A DNA stretch of 64,000 nucleotides from Candidatus Uhrbacteria bacterium CG_4_9_14_3_um_filter_50_9 (GTDB taxonomy: Bacteria; Patescibacteriota; Patescibacteriia; UBA9934; GWF2-40-263). Below are positions 24,904 to 33,494 of this stretch, one piece after another. Location: NCBI GenBank assembly GCA_002791295.1, contig PFWU01000049.1, positions 47,350 to 111,349 on the forward strand. Direction: 5' to 3'. The position numbers and the translations under genes were made by a program. Under the pieces are notes generated by a model. That model saw only the letters and a list, made by a program, of their open reading frames with translations, was not told the origin of the DNA and made no database searches. Position 1 is the first letter of the stretch, and every line of letters begins with the position of its first letter.

Positions 24904-25887
24904 TTAGAAGCTCCCAATCATTATAGCAGCAACACAGGAACTTCCTGGAGTTGAAATAACAGAGAGGGCAAAATTGAGGGGATTTTGCATGAAGGCGGCG
25001 TAATCGTACATCAGACAAAATCCAAGAAAGAAGAGACAGAAGCCTAGGATGACGATCGCAATATCTGCGGCGATGACCAGCCCATCGAGGATGACCGCGT
25101 TTGGATCGACTGGCATTGGGATCGGATCCCAGGAGAGAGGAGAGATAAATGGATCTTTTCCTTTTCGGAATTTTTTTCCATAAAAAAGTTCAAGGTTGAG
25201 CCATCCAAACGTAAACGTGTAGATCAGGATGTCTACAATCATTGAGACACCAACGGTTCCGATATCAAATGAAGCTGCAATGAGGTCAATAACCCAAATG
25301 ACTCCGCGTTTGAATGCCGCTTTTGCTCGTTTTTTTATTGCACTTCTGAGTCGTGCCATTTGTTCATCTTTGAGCTTCTCCAGTTCATCTTTTGCAGATT
25401 GGTTCTTCGTTCGCGCCATCTGTAACTTGAGGTTGGAAAGTTGGGCTCTGAGTTGGTCGACCGGGGTTGGGTCGACTTCCTGTGTGCCTCTTGGTCGATT
25501 GGATTCTGGCGTTTCATCTTGTCGGCGACGCTCTGCGGCCTGCGCTTCTGGGGTTTGAAGGTCTGGACGTGGACCAAAGGCTGGAGCCTGAGGATCCAAC
25601 CCTCGGCGGGATCCGAAGGAGTTGCTGACGCTGTTCGCAAGTTGAGTCGCTTTGTTTTTGCTTCGGCGTGCATCCGTCGTTGAACGATTTCTTGATCCGG
25701 CCGCACGATCACGTTGGTTTAAAAGAAGTTCTCTTGATGATCCACCCGGAGTTGTCCCACGCATTTCACGATTTCGTTGTGCTGCTCTTGGTGATGAGGT
25801 TTTTGCTCTGCGTGAAGCAACGCGAGCTCGTGTGAGTTGCTCGCGTTTGCTTGGGATTGCTGCTGCGGTACCTCCTGCCGGTGCCAT
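24904..25887 (-). CDS. Hypothetical protein with basic disordered N-terminal half and 4-TM C-terminal half
   Basis: 327 aa. The N-terminal ~190 aa are Arg/Ser/Thr-rich. The C-terminus has four hydrophobic helices. First gene of the minus-strand operon. Confidence 0.45.
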   Translation of the reverse strand: MAPAGGTAAAIPSKREQLTRARVASRRAKTSSPRAAQRNREMRGTTPGGSSRELLLNQRDRAAGSRNRSTTDARRSKNKATQLANSVSNSFGSRRGLDPQAPAFGPRPDLQTPEAQAAERRRQDETPESNRPRGTQEVDPTPVDQLRAQLSNLKLQMARTKNQSAKDELEKLKDEQMARLRSAIKKRAKAAFKRGVIWVIDLIAASFDIGTVGVSMIVDILIYTFTFGWLNLELFYGKKFRKGKDPFISPLSWDPIPMPVDPNAVILDGLVIAADIAIVILGFCLFFLGFCLMYDYAAFMQNPLNFALSVISTPGSSCVAAIMIGSF

Positions 25888-25890
25888 AGA

Positions 25891-28377
25891 TTAGGTCTTG
25901 GCCTTGGTTACGGTGATCACGTTTCCTTTGAGTCGAATATTCAGTGACTGTGGGCTATCGTTCTTTGTGAGTCGTTCTGCAATCTTGTGTTCAATATGCT
26001 GCTGGATATGCTGACGGATATTGCGTGCGCCGTACTGTGTGTCCGCCATACCTGAAAGGTGGGGGACAAGGGCCTTGTGAATGTTGATGTGAAGCCCCTG
26101 TTCTTTCAGTCGATGGATGAGTTCATCAAGTTGTTTTTGGGTGATTTGGTGCAGGACATCTTTTGAAAGTGGCTGGAACACGCAGGTGTGGTCGATGCGG
26201 TTCACAAGCTCAGGGCGGAAGCGTTCCTCAAGTTCCTTGCGGAGATCTTGGTTGAGGACAATGGTTCGATCCTCTTCCGTACCCATGAATCCAATTCCAT
26301 CCTTGGTAAAGCGCTCAAGACCTACATTAGACGTCATGACCACAATCGTGTTGCGGAAGTTCACCTTGCGCCCCGTAGCGTCTGTCAGCTCACCTTCCTC
26401 AAGAATTTGAAGGAGTAAGTTTTGAACATCACGATGAGCTTTTTCAATCTCATCGAAAAGGACGACCGAGTACGGACGCTGCTTCACCCGATCGGTCAGG
26501 TTCGCAGATTCTCGGTACCCCACGTATCCAGCTGGAGCGCCGATGAGTTTTGACATGGTAAATCCTTCTGAATATTCAGACATGTCGAGTCGGATGAGGT
26601 TTTTGCGGTTATGAAAGAGATTGTCTGAGATCGATTTTGCAAGTTCTGTTTTTCCCACACCAGAGGGACCCAAAAAGAGGAATGACGCCAATGGGCGATG
26701 TGGGTGGGCAACACCCGTCTTGGCACGTTTAATCGCACCCGTCACGATATGTAGCACGGCCTCTTGTCCAAGCACACGTTCAGAGAGAAAGCCCAGAAGG
26801 TTACTGAGTTTATTTGCGTTTTCAAGCAAAATATCTTCAACAGGAATTCCTGTGATTCTTGAAACCACTCCAGCGACTTGGTCTGCTTGGATGATGGGGA
26901 CGCATTCTTGTTCCGCTGGGAGGTCGCCCTTGGCCATGGCGGCATGGGTTCGTGCTTCTTGCTCTTTGAGACGGATGGCATCGATGAATCGTTCTTCGAC
27001 CACGGCTTGGCGCTTTGAGTTTCGGATCGATGAAAGTTCTTGTTCAAGATGACGTTGTTTGTACTGCGGTGTTGGGTCCGTGCTTTTTACGCGAACAGAT
27101 GCGGCTGCTTCGTCAATGAGGTCGATTGCTTTGTCGGGGAGTTGCTTGTCTTGAATGTATCGGTCTGACATGTGGACTGCTTGTTCGAGGGCTTCTGGGC
27201 TGATACGGACACGGTGGAAGGTTTCGTAGTAGGGGGCAATACCCTGAAGGATTTCTAACGCCTTTTCTTTTGAAGGTTCTTCTACGTACACACTTTGGAA
27301 GCGTCGTTCTAACGCACTGTCAGATTCGATATTCTTTTTAAACTCTGTTGGGGTGGTGGCACCAATGCAGCGTATCTCACCGCGCGCAAGCGCAGGCTTT
27401 AAAATATTTGCGGCATCCATAGAACCAGAGGCAGCCCCTGCGCCAACAATGGTGTGGATTTCATCGATGAACAAGAGGATGTCGTCATTGCTCTTCACTT
27501 CGTCAACAATTTGCTTCAGGCGCCCCTCAAACTCCCCGCGGTACATGGTTCCAGCAATGAGCATGGCCATGTCCACAGCGAAGATGCGCTTGTGCGCAAG
27601 CGCAGGTGGGACCGTTCCCTCCACGATCATCTTGGCGAGACCCTCCACAATGGCGGTTTTTCCAACGCCCGGTTCCCCAAGGAGCAGGGGATTGTTTTTT
27701 GTACGTCGACAGAGAATTTCCATGACCCGTTCGATTTCGGCTTCGCGTCCAATCACCGGATCAATTTCTTTTTGTGCCTCAAGGGTTGTCAGTTCTCGGC
27801 CAAAGTACTCAAGCGCTTGCAGTGTTTTTTCCTCCTGGATCTCTGTGGCCTGTCTGTCTGTTTCTTGCATCATGAGTCCTTTGCCGTCCTGAGTCATCGT
27901 GCTTGCAAGGTCAGGAAATTTCGACGTACTTTTTAGCACAATGGAAAGCTGTGAGCGGATTTCTTTGAGGTCTGTTTTCGTTTGTTCAAAAAACGTCGTG
28001 AGGACAGGTGTGTTCGTTTGCAGCATGCCTGAGAGCAAGTGCTCAGTTCCCACATAGCGATGGCCGTAGATATTCGCTGTGAGAACAGCTTTCTCCACAA
28101 TGCGTTTCGCATCATCTGAAAGGTGAAGGGTCAGATCGGAAGGTGTGTTGTTCGCACTGACCTGAGCTTTTGCTCCGATGAGTTTTCTTAAGGCCGTTGC
28201 CTTCACTCCTGTTTTTTTCAAGATTTCTGCCGCAATGCAGCCTTTCTGTGTCCCAAGCGCCCAGAGGAGATGCTCAGGTTGAATCGTCTGTTCATTTGTC
28301 TCAACAACGAAACAGAGCGCCCGTGTGAGGACGTCCTTTAAGTGGCTGGAAAATTTGTCGACGATGTCATAGCTCAT
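25891..28377 (-). CDS. Clp/Hsp100 AAA+ chaperone ATPase (ClpC/ClpB family, short middle domain, ClpC-like)
   Basis: Clp_N repeats; NBD1 Walker A GEPGVGKTAIVEGLA; NBD2 Walker A GPSGVGKTELAKS; sensor and arginine-finger regions. The start was moved to the internal MSYDIV, which overlaps the htpX stop in an ATGA arrangement. Confidence 0.85.
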   Translation of the reverse strand: MSYDIVDKFSSHLKDVLTRALCFVVETNEQTIQPEHLLWALGTQKGCIAAEILKKTGVKATALRKLIGAKAQVSANNTPSDLTLHLSDDAKRIVEKAVLTANIYGHRYVGTEHLLSGMLQTNTPVLTTFFEQTKTDLKEIRSQLSIVLKSTSKFPDLASTMTQDGKGLMMQETDRQATEIQEEKTLQALEYFGRELTTLEAQKEIDPVIGREAEIERVMEILCRRTKNNPLLLGEPGVGKTAIVEGLAKMIVEGTVPPALAHKRIFAVDMAMLIAGTMYRGEFEGRLKQIVDEVKSNDDILLFIDEIHTIVGAGAASGSMDAANILKPALARGEIRCIGATTPTEFKKNIESDSALERRFQSVYVEEPSKEKALEILQGIAPYYETFHRVRISPEALEQAVHMSDRYIQDKQLPDKAIDLIDEAAASVRVKSTDPTPQYKQRHLEQELSSIRNSKRQAVVEERFIDAIRLKEQEARTHAAMAKGDLPAEQECVPIIQADQVAGVVSRITGIPVEDILLENANKLSNLLGFLSERVLGQEAVLHIVTGAIKRAKTGVAHPHRPLASFLFLGPSGVGKTELAKSISDNLFHNRKNLIRLDMSEYSEGFTMSKLIGAPAGYVGYRESANLTDRVKQRPYSVVLFDEIEKAHRDVQNLLLQILEEGELTDATGRKVNFRNTIVVMTSNVGLERFTKDGIGFMGTEEDRTIVLNQDLRKELEERFRPELVNRIDHTCVFQPLSKDVLHQITQKQLDELIHRLKEQGLHINIHKALVPHLSGMADTQYGARNIRQHIQQHIEHKIAERLTKNDSPQSLNIRLKGNVITVTKAKT

Positions 28378-29255
28378 AGCATGCCTCTCAGTTTTGCGAT
28401 ACGTTCTTCGATGGGTGGGTGGGTTGAGAACCAACCTTCAAATTTTTTGGCAACATGCGGATCAAAGGGGTTCGCAAGAAACATGTGTGCAGTTGCGTGA
28501 TTTGCTTTTTTCATTGGCGCATCATGCTTGGCAATTTTTTCAAGCGCAGAGGCAAGGCCTTCTGGATACCGTGTCAGTAGTGATGCAGAGGCATCCGCGA
28601 GATACTCACGTGAACGGGAGACAGCAAGTTTGATGAGTTCTGCAAAGAAGGGGGAAAGAATGGCAAGGATAATTCCCAGAATGAGCAAGGGAAGGGCTCC
28701 TTTGTTGTCGCGGCCCCGGCTGCCATAGAGGAAGGTACGCATGAGTACATCGGAAAGGAGGAGTACGACACCGACAAGGACGACCACGATGGTCATCACG
28801 CGAATATCGTAGTTTTTTACATGGGACATTTCGTGTGCGAGCACTCCTTCAAGTTCCTGATCTGTCATGATGTTCATGAGACCGGTGGTGACCGCAATGG
28901 CTGCGTGTTCAGGATCTCGACCTGCGGCAAAGGCGTTGGCTGATGCGTCCTGGATGACATACACCTTTGGTGTTGGCACGCCCGCCGTGATCGCAAGGTT
29001 CTCGACCATGCGATACAGCCTTGGGTTGTCAGCTTTTTGAATCTCCTTTGCCCCCGCAGTTGCTAGTGCGACTTTGTCGCCTTTGAAATACGCAACAAGG
29101 TTCATGATGGTCGCGATCATGACAGCGAGAATGATGCCGGCATTGCCTGAGCCGCCGTATTCTCCAAGGACCCAACCGAGTAAGCAGATCACGATCGTAA
29201 AGATTGCGATCAAAAACCAGGTCTTGCGTTTATTTGCGTCGATTTGTGTGTACAT
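28374..29255 (-). CDS. htpX: Zinc metalloprotease HtpX (peptidase M48)
   Basis: HEMSHV (HExxH) and N-terminal TM helices, 293 aa. Confidence 0.85.
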   Translation of the reverse strand: MYTQIDANKRKTWFLIAIFTIVICLLGWVLGEYGGSGNAGIILAVMIATIMNLVAYFKGDKVALATAGAKEIQKADNPRLYRMVENLAITAGVPTPKVYVIQDASANAFAAGRDPEHAAIAVTTGLMNIMTDQELEGVLAHEMSHVKNYDIRVMTIVVVLVGVVLLLSDVLMRTFLYGSRGRDNKGALPLLILGIILAILSPFFAELIKLAVSRSREYLADASASLLTRYPEGLASALEKIAKHDAPMKKANHATAHMFLANPFDPHVAKKFEGWFSTHPPIEERIAKLRGML

Positions 29256-29257
29256 GT

Positions 29258-29809
29258 TTAGAAGCTCACCTGAGGTGCTTCATTCACTTCGTCTGGGGCG
29301 TCAAAGAAGTCTCGGTCTTTGAATCCAAACATGCCAGCGATCAAGTTGGTTGGGAAAACTTGAAGCTTGGTGTTGAAGTCACGGACGTTTCCGTTATAAA
29401 AGCGGCGTGAAGCTTGAATCTTGTCTTCTGCGTCTGTGAGCTCGTGCTGCAGGTGAAGAAAGTTTTCTGATGCACGGAGCTGTGGGTAGTTTTCAGAAAC
29501 AGCAAAAAGAGATTTCAATGCTCCTGTCAGCATGTTCTCTGATGCGGCGTGTTCTTCCATTGAGGTTGCCCCCATGGCAGCTGTTCGCGCTTCTGTTACT
29601 TTTGTGAAGACTCCTTCCTCGTGCTTCGCATACCCCTTCACGGAATTCACAAGGTTTGGGATGAGGTCATAGCGACGCTTCATCTGCACTTCGATATCAG
29701 ACCAAGCTTCGTCTGTGCGGTTACGAGATTGGATAAGGCCGTTGTATGTTAGAATAAGCCACACAGCCGCAACGCCGAGGACGATCACGAGTATCCAAAT
29801 GAGTTCCAT
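29258..29809 (-). CDS. lemA: LemA family protein
   Basis: N-terminal TM helix plus conserved LemA sequence (LTYNGLIQSRNRTDEAWSDIEVQMKRRYDLIPNLV). Adjacent to htpX, as is common. Confidence 0.8.
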   Translation of the reverse strand: MELIWILVIVLGVAAVWLILTYNGLIQSRNRTDEAWSDIEVQMKRRYDLIPNLVNSVKGYAKHEEGVFTKVTEARTAAMGATSMEEHAASENMLTGALKSLFAVSENYPQLRASENFLHLQHELTDAEDKIQASRRFYNGNVRDFNTKLQVFPTNLIAGMFGFKDRDFFDAPDEVNEAPQVSF

Positions 29810-29875
29810 ACTTGTCGAAAATTAAGGCTAATTTACACACGAATTTTACGAAATTTAGGGCATTACGTCAAAGAT

Positions 29876-31249
29876 ATGGATTTTCCAAGAAAGATCTTTA
29901 AAGCCTATGATATCCGCGGGCTTGTGGAGGAGGAAATAACCAACGAATTAGCGGAAAAAATAGGTCAGGCCTATGCCACTCTTCGTCAGGGTGAGGTTGG
30001 GGCAGACAAGAGACATACGGTGGCTGTTGGGCGTGACATGCGTGACAGCTCACCAATTTACCAACAGCATCTCATGAACGGATTAATGCGCATGGGGGTG
30101 GACGTGGTTGATATTGGCCTTGTTTCCACACCAGCATTTTATTTTGGAGTCGGTCATCTGGGAGCAGATGGGGGAATCATGGTTTCCGCCTCTCACAACC
30201 CAGCTGAATACAACGGATTCAAACTCACACGCGAACAGGCCATTCCTGTAAGTGGTGACACGGGGATTGAAACGATCGCCGACCTTATTGAACAGAATAC
30301 GTTTGTCGATGCACCTCAGAAGGGACGTGTGCGGGTCGCAGAAGGGATTCCTCAAGCAGCGGCTCAGGCGGAGCGTTTGTTTGCAGGGGGTGATCCTGTG
30401 AAAACGTTTAAGATTGTTGCAGATACAGGAAACGGAATGGGAGCACAGTTTTTGGATGAACTGTTTGGTTTTTTGGATACGGATGTCACACGGATGTATT
30501 GGGAACTCGATGGTACGTTTCCGAATCACGAGTCTAATCCATTCAAGCCAGAGAATATCGTTGATCTTCAAAAGACGGTTGTTGAACTTGGAGCGGATGT
30601 TGGGATTGCGACGGATGGGGATGGGGATCGCATTTTTTTTGTTGACGATAAAGGGCAGCTTGTGACTCCAGCTGTGCTGCGTGGACTCCTCGCACAGATC
30701 GCATTGCGTGATCATCCGGGTGCCACGATTTGTTACGACATTCGTCCGGGAAAGATTACTGAGGATATGATTGTCGAGGCAGGAGGGAAACCATCTGTCA
30801 CACGCGTGGGTCACTCACTCATTAAAGAGCAGATGCGAAAAGAAGGTGCTGTGTTTGGGGGGGAGTCTTCTGGTCACTTCTTTTATGCGTTTGAAACAGG
30901 TGTGTACGAGGGGCCTGTGACGGTGGCTATGCAGATGCTCCAAGAGATGACACGACAAGGGAAACCTCTTTCAGAAATCGTTGAGCCGCTCGAGCGTTAT
31001 GTGCACTCTGGTGAAATCAACTTTACGGTGGAAGACAAGGAAGGGATGATGAACAAAATTAAACAGCATTTTAGAGAGGGGACGCTCAGTGAGCTCGATG
31101 GCATCACCCTGACGTATCAGGACTTCTGGTTCAATGTGCGTCCATCAAACACAGAATCCACCCTCCGCCTAAATCTCGAAGCCGTTGATCGAGCAACCAT
31201 GGAAGCCAAGCGAGATGAGGTGATTGCGCTCATTAAGGCTGGGGTTTAG
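29876..31249 (+). CDS. Phosphoglucomutase/phosphomannomutase family protein (PMM/PGM or GlmM-like)
   Basis: Active-site phosphoserine loop GIMVSASHNPAEYNGFK. Metal-binding DGDGDR. 457 aa. Confidence 0.8.
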   Translation: MDFPRKIFKAYDIRGLVEEEITNELAEKIGQAYATLRQGEVGADKRHTVAVGRDMRDSSPIYQQHLMNGLMRMGVDVVDIGLVSTPAFYFGVGHLGADGGIMVSASHNPAEYNGFKLTREQAIPVSGDTGIETIADLIEQNTFVDAPQKGRVRVAEGIPQAAAQAERLFAGGDPVKTFKIVADTGNGMGAQFLDELFGFLDTDVTRMYWELDGTFPNHESNPFKPENIVDLQKTVVELGADVGIATDGDGDRIFFVDDKGQLVTPAVLRGLLAQIALRDHPGATICYDIRPGKITEDMIVEAGGKPSVTRVGHSLIKEQMRKEGAVFGGESSGHFFYAFETGVYEGPVTVAMQMLQEMTRQGKPLSEIVEPLERYVHSGEINFTVEDKEGMMNKIKQHFREGTLSELDGITLTYQDFWFNVRPSNTESTLRLNLEAVDRATMEAKRDEVIALIKAGV

Positions 31250-31305
31250 GGGCAGAACCAACGCAAAACAAAAAACCGCTCTGTGGGACAGACCCCGGTG
31301 GCGGG

Positions 31306-31584
31306 TTAGTCAAATAGATTAGAATGTGAGCCTGTGGCGATCAGTTGAAGAATAAGAATATCATTATCGATTCTATAAATCAGGAGCCAGTCTGGCTCAA
31401 CATGACATTCTCGAAACATATTTAATGACCCTTTCAACTGATGGTCACGATGTGACACGTCAAGCTCTTTTTTGGCAGCGAGTCTATCGACAACAGATAA
31501 CAATTTTTTGAATAAAACCTCATCCGATCGCCTTAATTTTTTCAACTGACGTTTACATCGCTTTGTTGGAACAATTCGATACAT
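31306..31584 (-). CDS. yafQ: Type II toxin YafQ (RelE/ParE superfamily mRNA interferase)
   Basis: 92 aa. DHQLKGSLNMFRECHVEPDWLLIYRIDND...ATGSHSNLF closely parallels E. coli YafQ. Confidence 0.8.
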   Translation of the reverse strand: MYRIVPTKRCKRQLKKLRRSDEVLFKKLLSVVDRLAAKKELDVSHRDHQLKGSLNMFRECHVEPDWLLIYRIDNDILILQLIATGSHSNLFD

Positions 31585-31586
31585 AT

Positions 31587-31922
31587 CTAGATGGTCAAAT
31601 CCTTGAGCAGTTCCTTTGTTGATGTGTATCCTTTGAGTTTTCCTGTTTTATACGCCTCAAGTGCCTGATTCGACTCGTCAATGAGCGCTTGTTCCTGTAG
31701 AGGGGTCATGTCGTTTTCCGTTGTGAGCGGAAACGGAATACCTTTGCGTAATGAAATCTGACGCAAATAAAGCTTTACCGCCATGCTCATATCCATCCCT
31801 AATTGATCAAGGACCTTTTTGGCGTCGTTCTTTGTTTTGTCATCAATACGAATTTGAATATGACCCATATGCTTATAGGATATCTGATCTGTCATGACAA
31901 TGTCAATACATCCACAACACAT
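31587..31922 (-). CDS. dinJ: Antitoxin DinJ/RelB family
   Basis: 111 aa. Ribbon-helix-helix N-terminus IRIDDKTKNDAKKVLDQLGMDMSMAVKLYLRQI. Lies 3 nt upstream of the toxin gene. Confidence 0.75.
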   Translation of the reverse strand: MCCGCIDIVMTDQISYKHMGHIQIRIDDKTKNDAKKVLDQLGMDMSMAVKLYLRQISLRKGIPFPLTTENDMTPLQEQALIDESNQALEAYKTGKLKGYTSTKELLKDLTI

Positions 31923-32064
31923 CTATTGAAAAAATTCAATCTTTGTGCCTAAATAGGCCCTTCTCTCACAACCCCTGCTGGGACGCAGCGGTGCGGGTGC
32001 CCATGGTGGGTACACCAAACTTAAGCGACTGGATCAGGGAGTTCGCGGAGAAGAGGAGAGAGTC

Positions 32065-33219
32065 ATGAGTCGAGTGGAAGCAGAGGACATCTACGCCCTC
32101 ATGGAAGCACTGCGTGCGCGCAGGGGCTACATCAGTGCCGAGGACCTCCGTGCGCTCATCGAACGCCGCGGCGGCCCGATCATCCCGGAGCTTCAAGGCC
32201 ACACGGTGGTCGAGATGAAACGGTTGCCCAAGGGGACGAACACGACAGGAGACGGTCGACCCTACACCAACAACCGTGCGATCAGTCAGCTTCAGGTTGA
32301 CCCCGCAGGACATCCGGCGTGGGTCAACAAAGAGTCGGGCAAAACAGTCGTGCGCCACGACAAGTGTGTGCACGCAAGCCCGAATCCTGACGGCTGGAGC
32401 GGGCTCAATGTGGAACTCATCGACTTCCTCCCGAATCCTGATGGATCGTGGACGCCCCGTTGGAGCCGGGGTCCAATGAGAACGATTCATGGTGAGCGGC
32501 TGGAGATCTACCATGGTGGCCGACAGCAGCCCGAACGCGACGGACTCATTGACTTCTACCCGCAGCCGGACGGCAGGATCGTGCGTGTGTACAAGATGCC
32601 CAAGGACAGTGGCATCGGATACCGCATCATGCTCGACGCAGATGTCCTGCACGACAGTCACCCCGCTGCTTCCGAGTGCAGAAACATCGTCCAGGCTCCC
32701 GACGGAACTTGGTACGCCCTGCACGGCACCTACGTGAGGAACGGTTTCATCGCTCGTCCACTTGTGGAGGACAGTGACAGGGTCACCGACATCGCCGCGG
32801 TCGATCTCGCCCTACACAGCGGCACCCTCTACCTCATCGCAGACCACACGAAGGTGCCTGACAACACCACTCAGCCCGAGTTCCGCGCTGCCGTGCACAA
32901 ACGACTGGGTACGGGTGTCACCGTCATCTCTCTTACCAAGATTCCCTACAAGCGCTGGTTCACGCCCGATGTTGCGCAGGGTGGCTACGAGGAGGAGCCG
33001 ACTTACCTAGGCGAGACCTACGTCGGCCAGGTCGGTGACGGAAACGCACGGTTCGAAACCTGGATCGCCCAGAACTTCTACCCCGACACCCCGCCGCTCC
33101 TCGTCGGCCCCAACTGGGACCACGTGAGCCAGACCTTTCAGGATCCCGAGTACGGCCTGTGCTACTGGGCCGTGGCCGGAATGCACCTCTACAAGGTGGC
33201 CTTCAGCCCCTACGGCTAG
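32065..33219 (+). CDS. Hypothetical protein encoded in a high-GC (~63 %) single-gene island; contains repeated F/Y-x-P-N/Q-PDG-S/R motifs
   Basis: 384-aa ORF with RBS gagaagaggag before the ATG. A GC-rich leader runs from ~31966. An intrinsic terminator follows directly after the stop. The antisense ORF 31966..32724 is judged spurious. Confidence 0.55.
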   Translation: MSRVEAEDIYALMEALRARRGYISAEDLRALIERRGGPIIPELQGHTVVEMKRLPKGTNTTGDGRPYTNNRAISQLQVDPAGHPAWVNKESGKTVVRHDKCVHASPNPDGWSGLNVELIDFLPNPDGSWTPRWSRGPMRTIHGERLEIYHGGRQQPERDGLIDFYPQPDGRIVRVYKMPKDSGIGYRIMLDADVLHDSHPAASECRNIVQAPDGTWYALHGTYVRNGFIARPLVEDSDRVTDIAAVDLALHSGTLYLIADHTKVPDNTTQPEFRAAVHKRLGTGVTVISLTKIPYKRWFTPDVAQGGYEEEPTYLGETYVGQVGDGNARFETWIAQNFYPDTPPLLVGPNWDHVSQTFQDPEYGLCYWAVAGMHLYKVAFSPYG

Positions 33220-33226
33220 TCCAACG

Positions 33227-33258
33227 TCCGATCTCCCCGAGAGGTCGGATTTCTTTTT
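33227..33258 (+). terminator. Rho-independent terminator after the island ORF
   Basis: tccgatctc-cccga-gaggtcgga followed by tttcttttt. Confidence 0.65.
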
Positions 33259-33299
33259 AATGGATTCTCCATTGACAAAACAAGCCAAACTTGATAAAG

Positions 33300-33436
33300 A
33301 AGGGGCATCTTGTGTGTGGAATATGGTGTGAATCCGTAACTGTCTCTCTGCAACTGTGAGGTTACCCAACCCAACCGAGTCAGATCTTCACTCAAGTGCA
33401 CCCCAAGTACTGCCTCAGAGAGGGCAGTATTTTTAT
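33300..33436 (+). ncRNA. Candidate small RNA or cis-acting leader (~135 nt) between a TTGACA promoter and an intrinsic terminator, upstream of rseP
   Basis: -35 TTGACA at 33272-33277, a 17-nt spacer, and a TAAAGA -10-like hexamer. Terminator actgcct-cagaga-gggcagt plus atttttattt at 33409-33436. No convincing ORF. Confidence 0.4.
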
Positions 33437-33494
33437 TTCGTTATTCAATGTTTGTTTGATCAACTGCACGTAAACAGGTATCCTTTACTAACTT

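Noticed and set aside
31966-32724. 252-aa minus-strand ORF in the second high-GC island
   Set aside because: Antisense to the RBS-preceded 384-aa plus ORF. Its composition is low-complexity (Val/Ser/Gly-rich), typical of antisense reading of GC-rich coding DNA.
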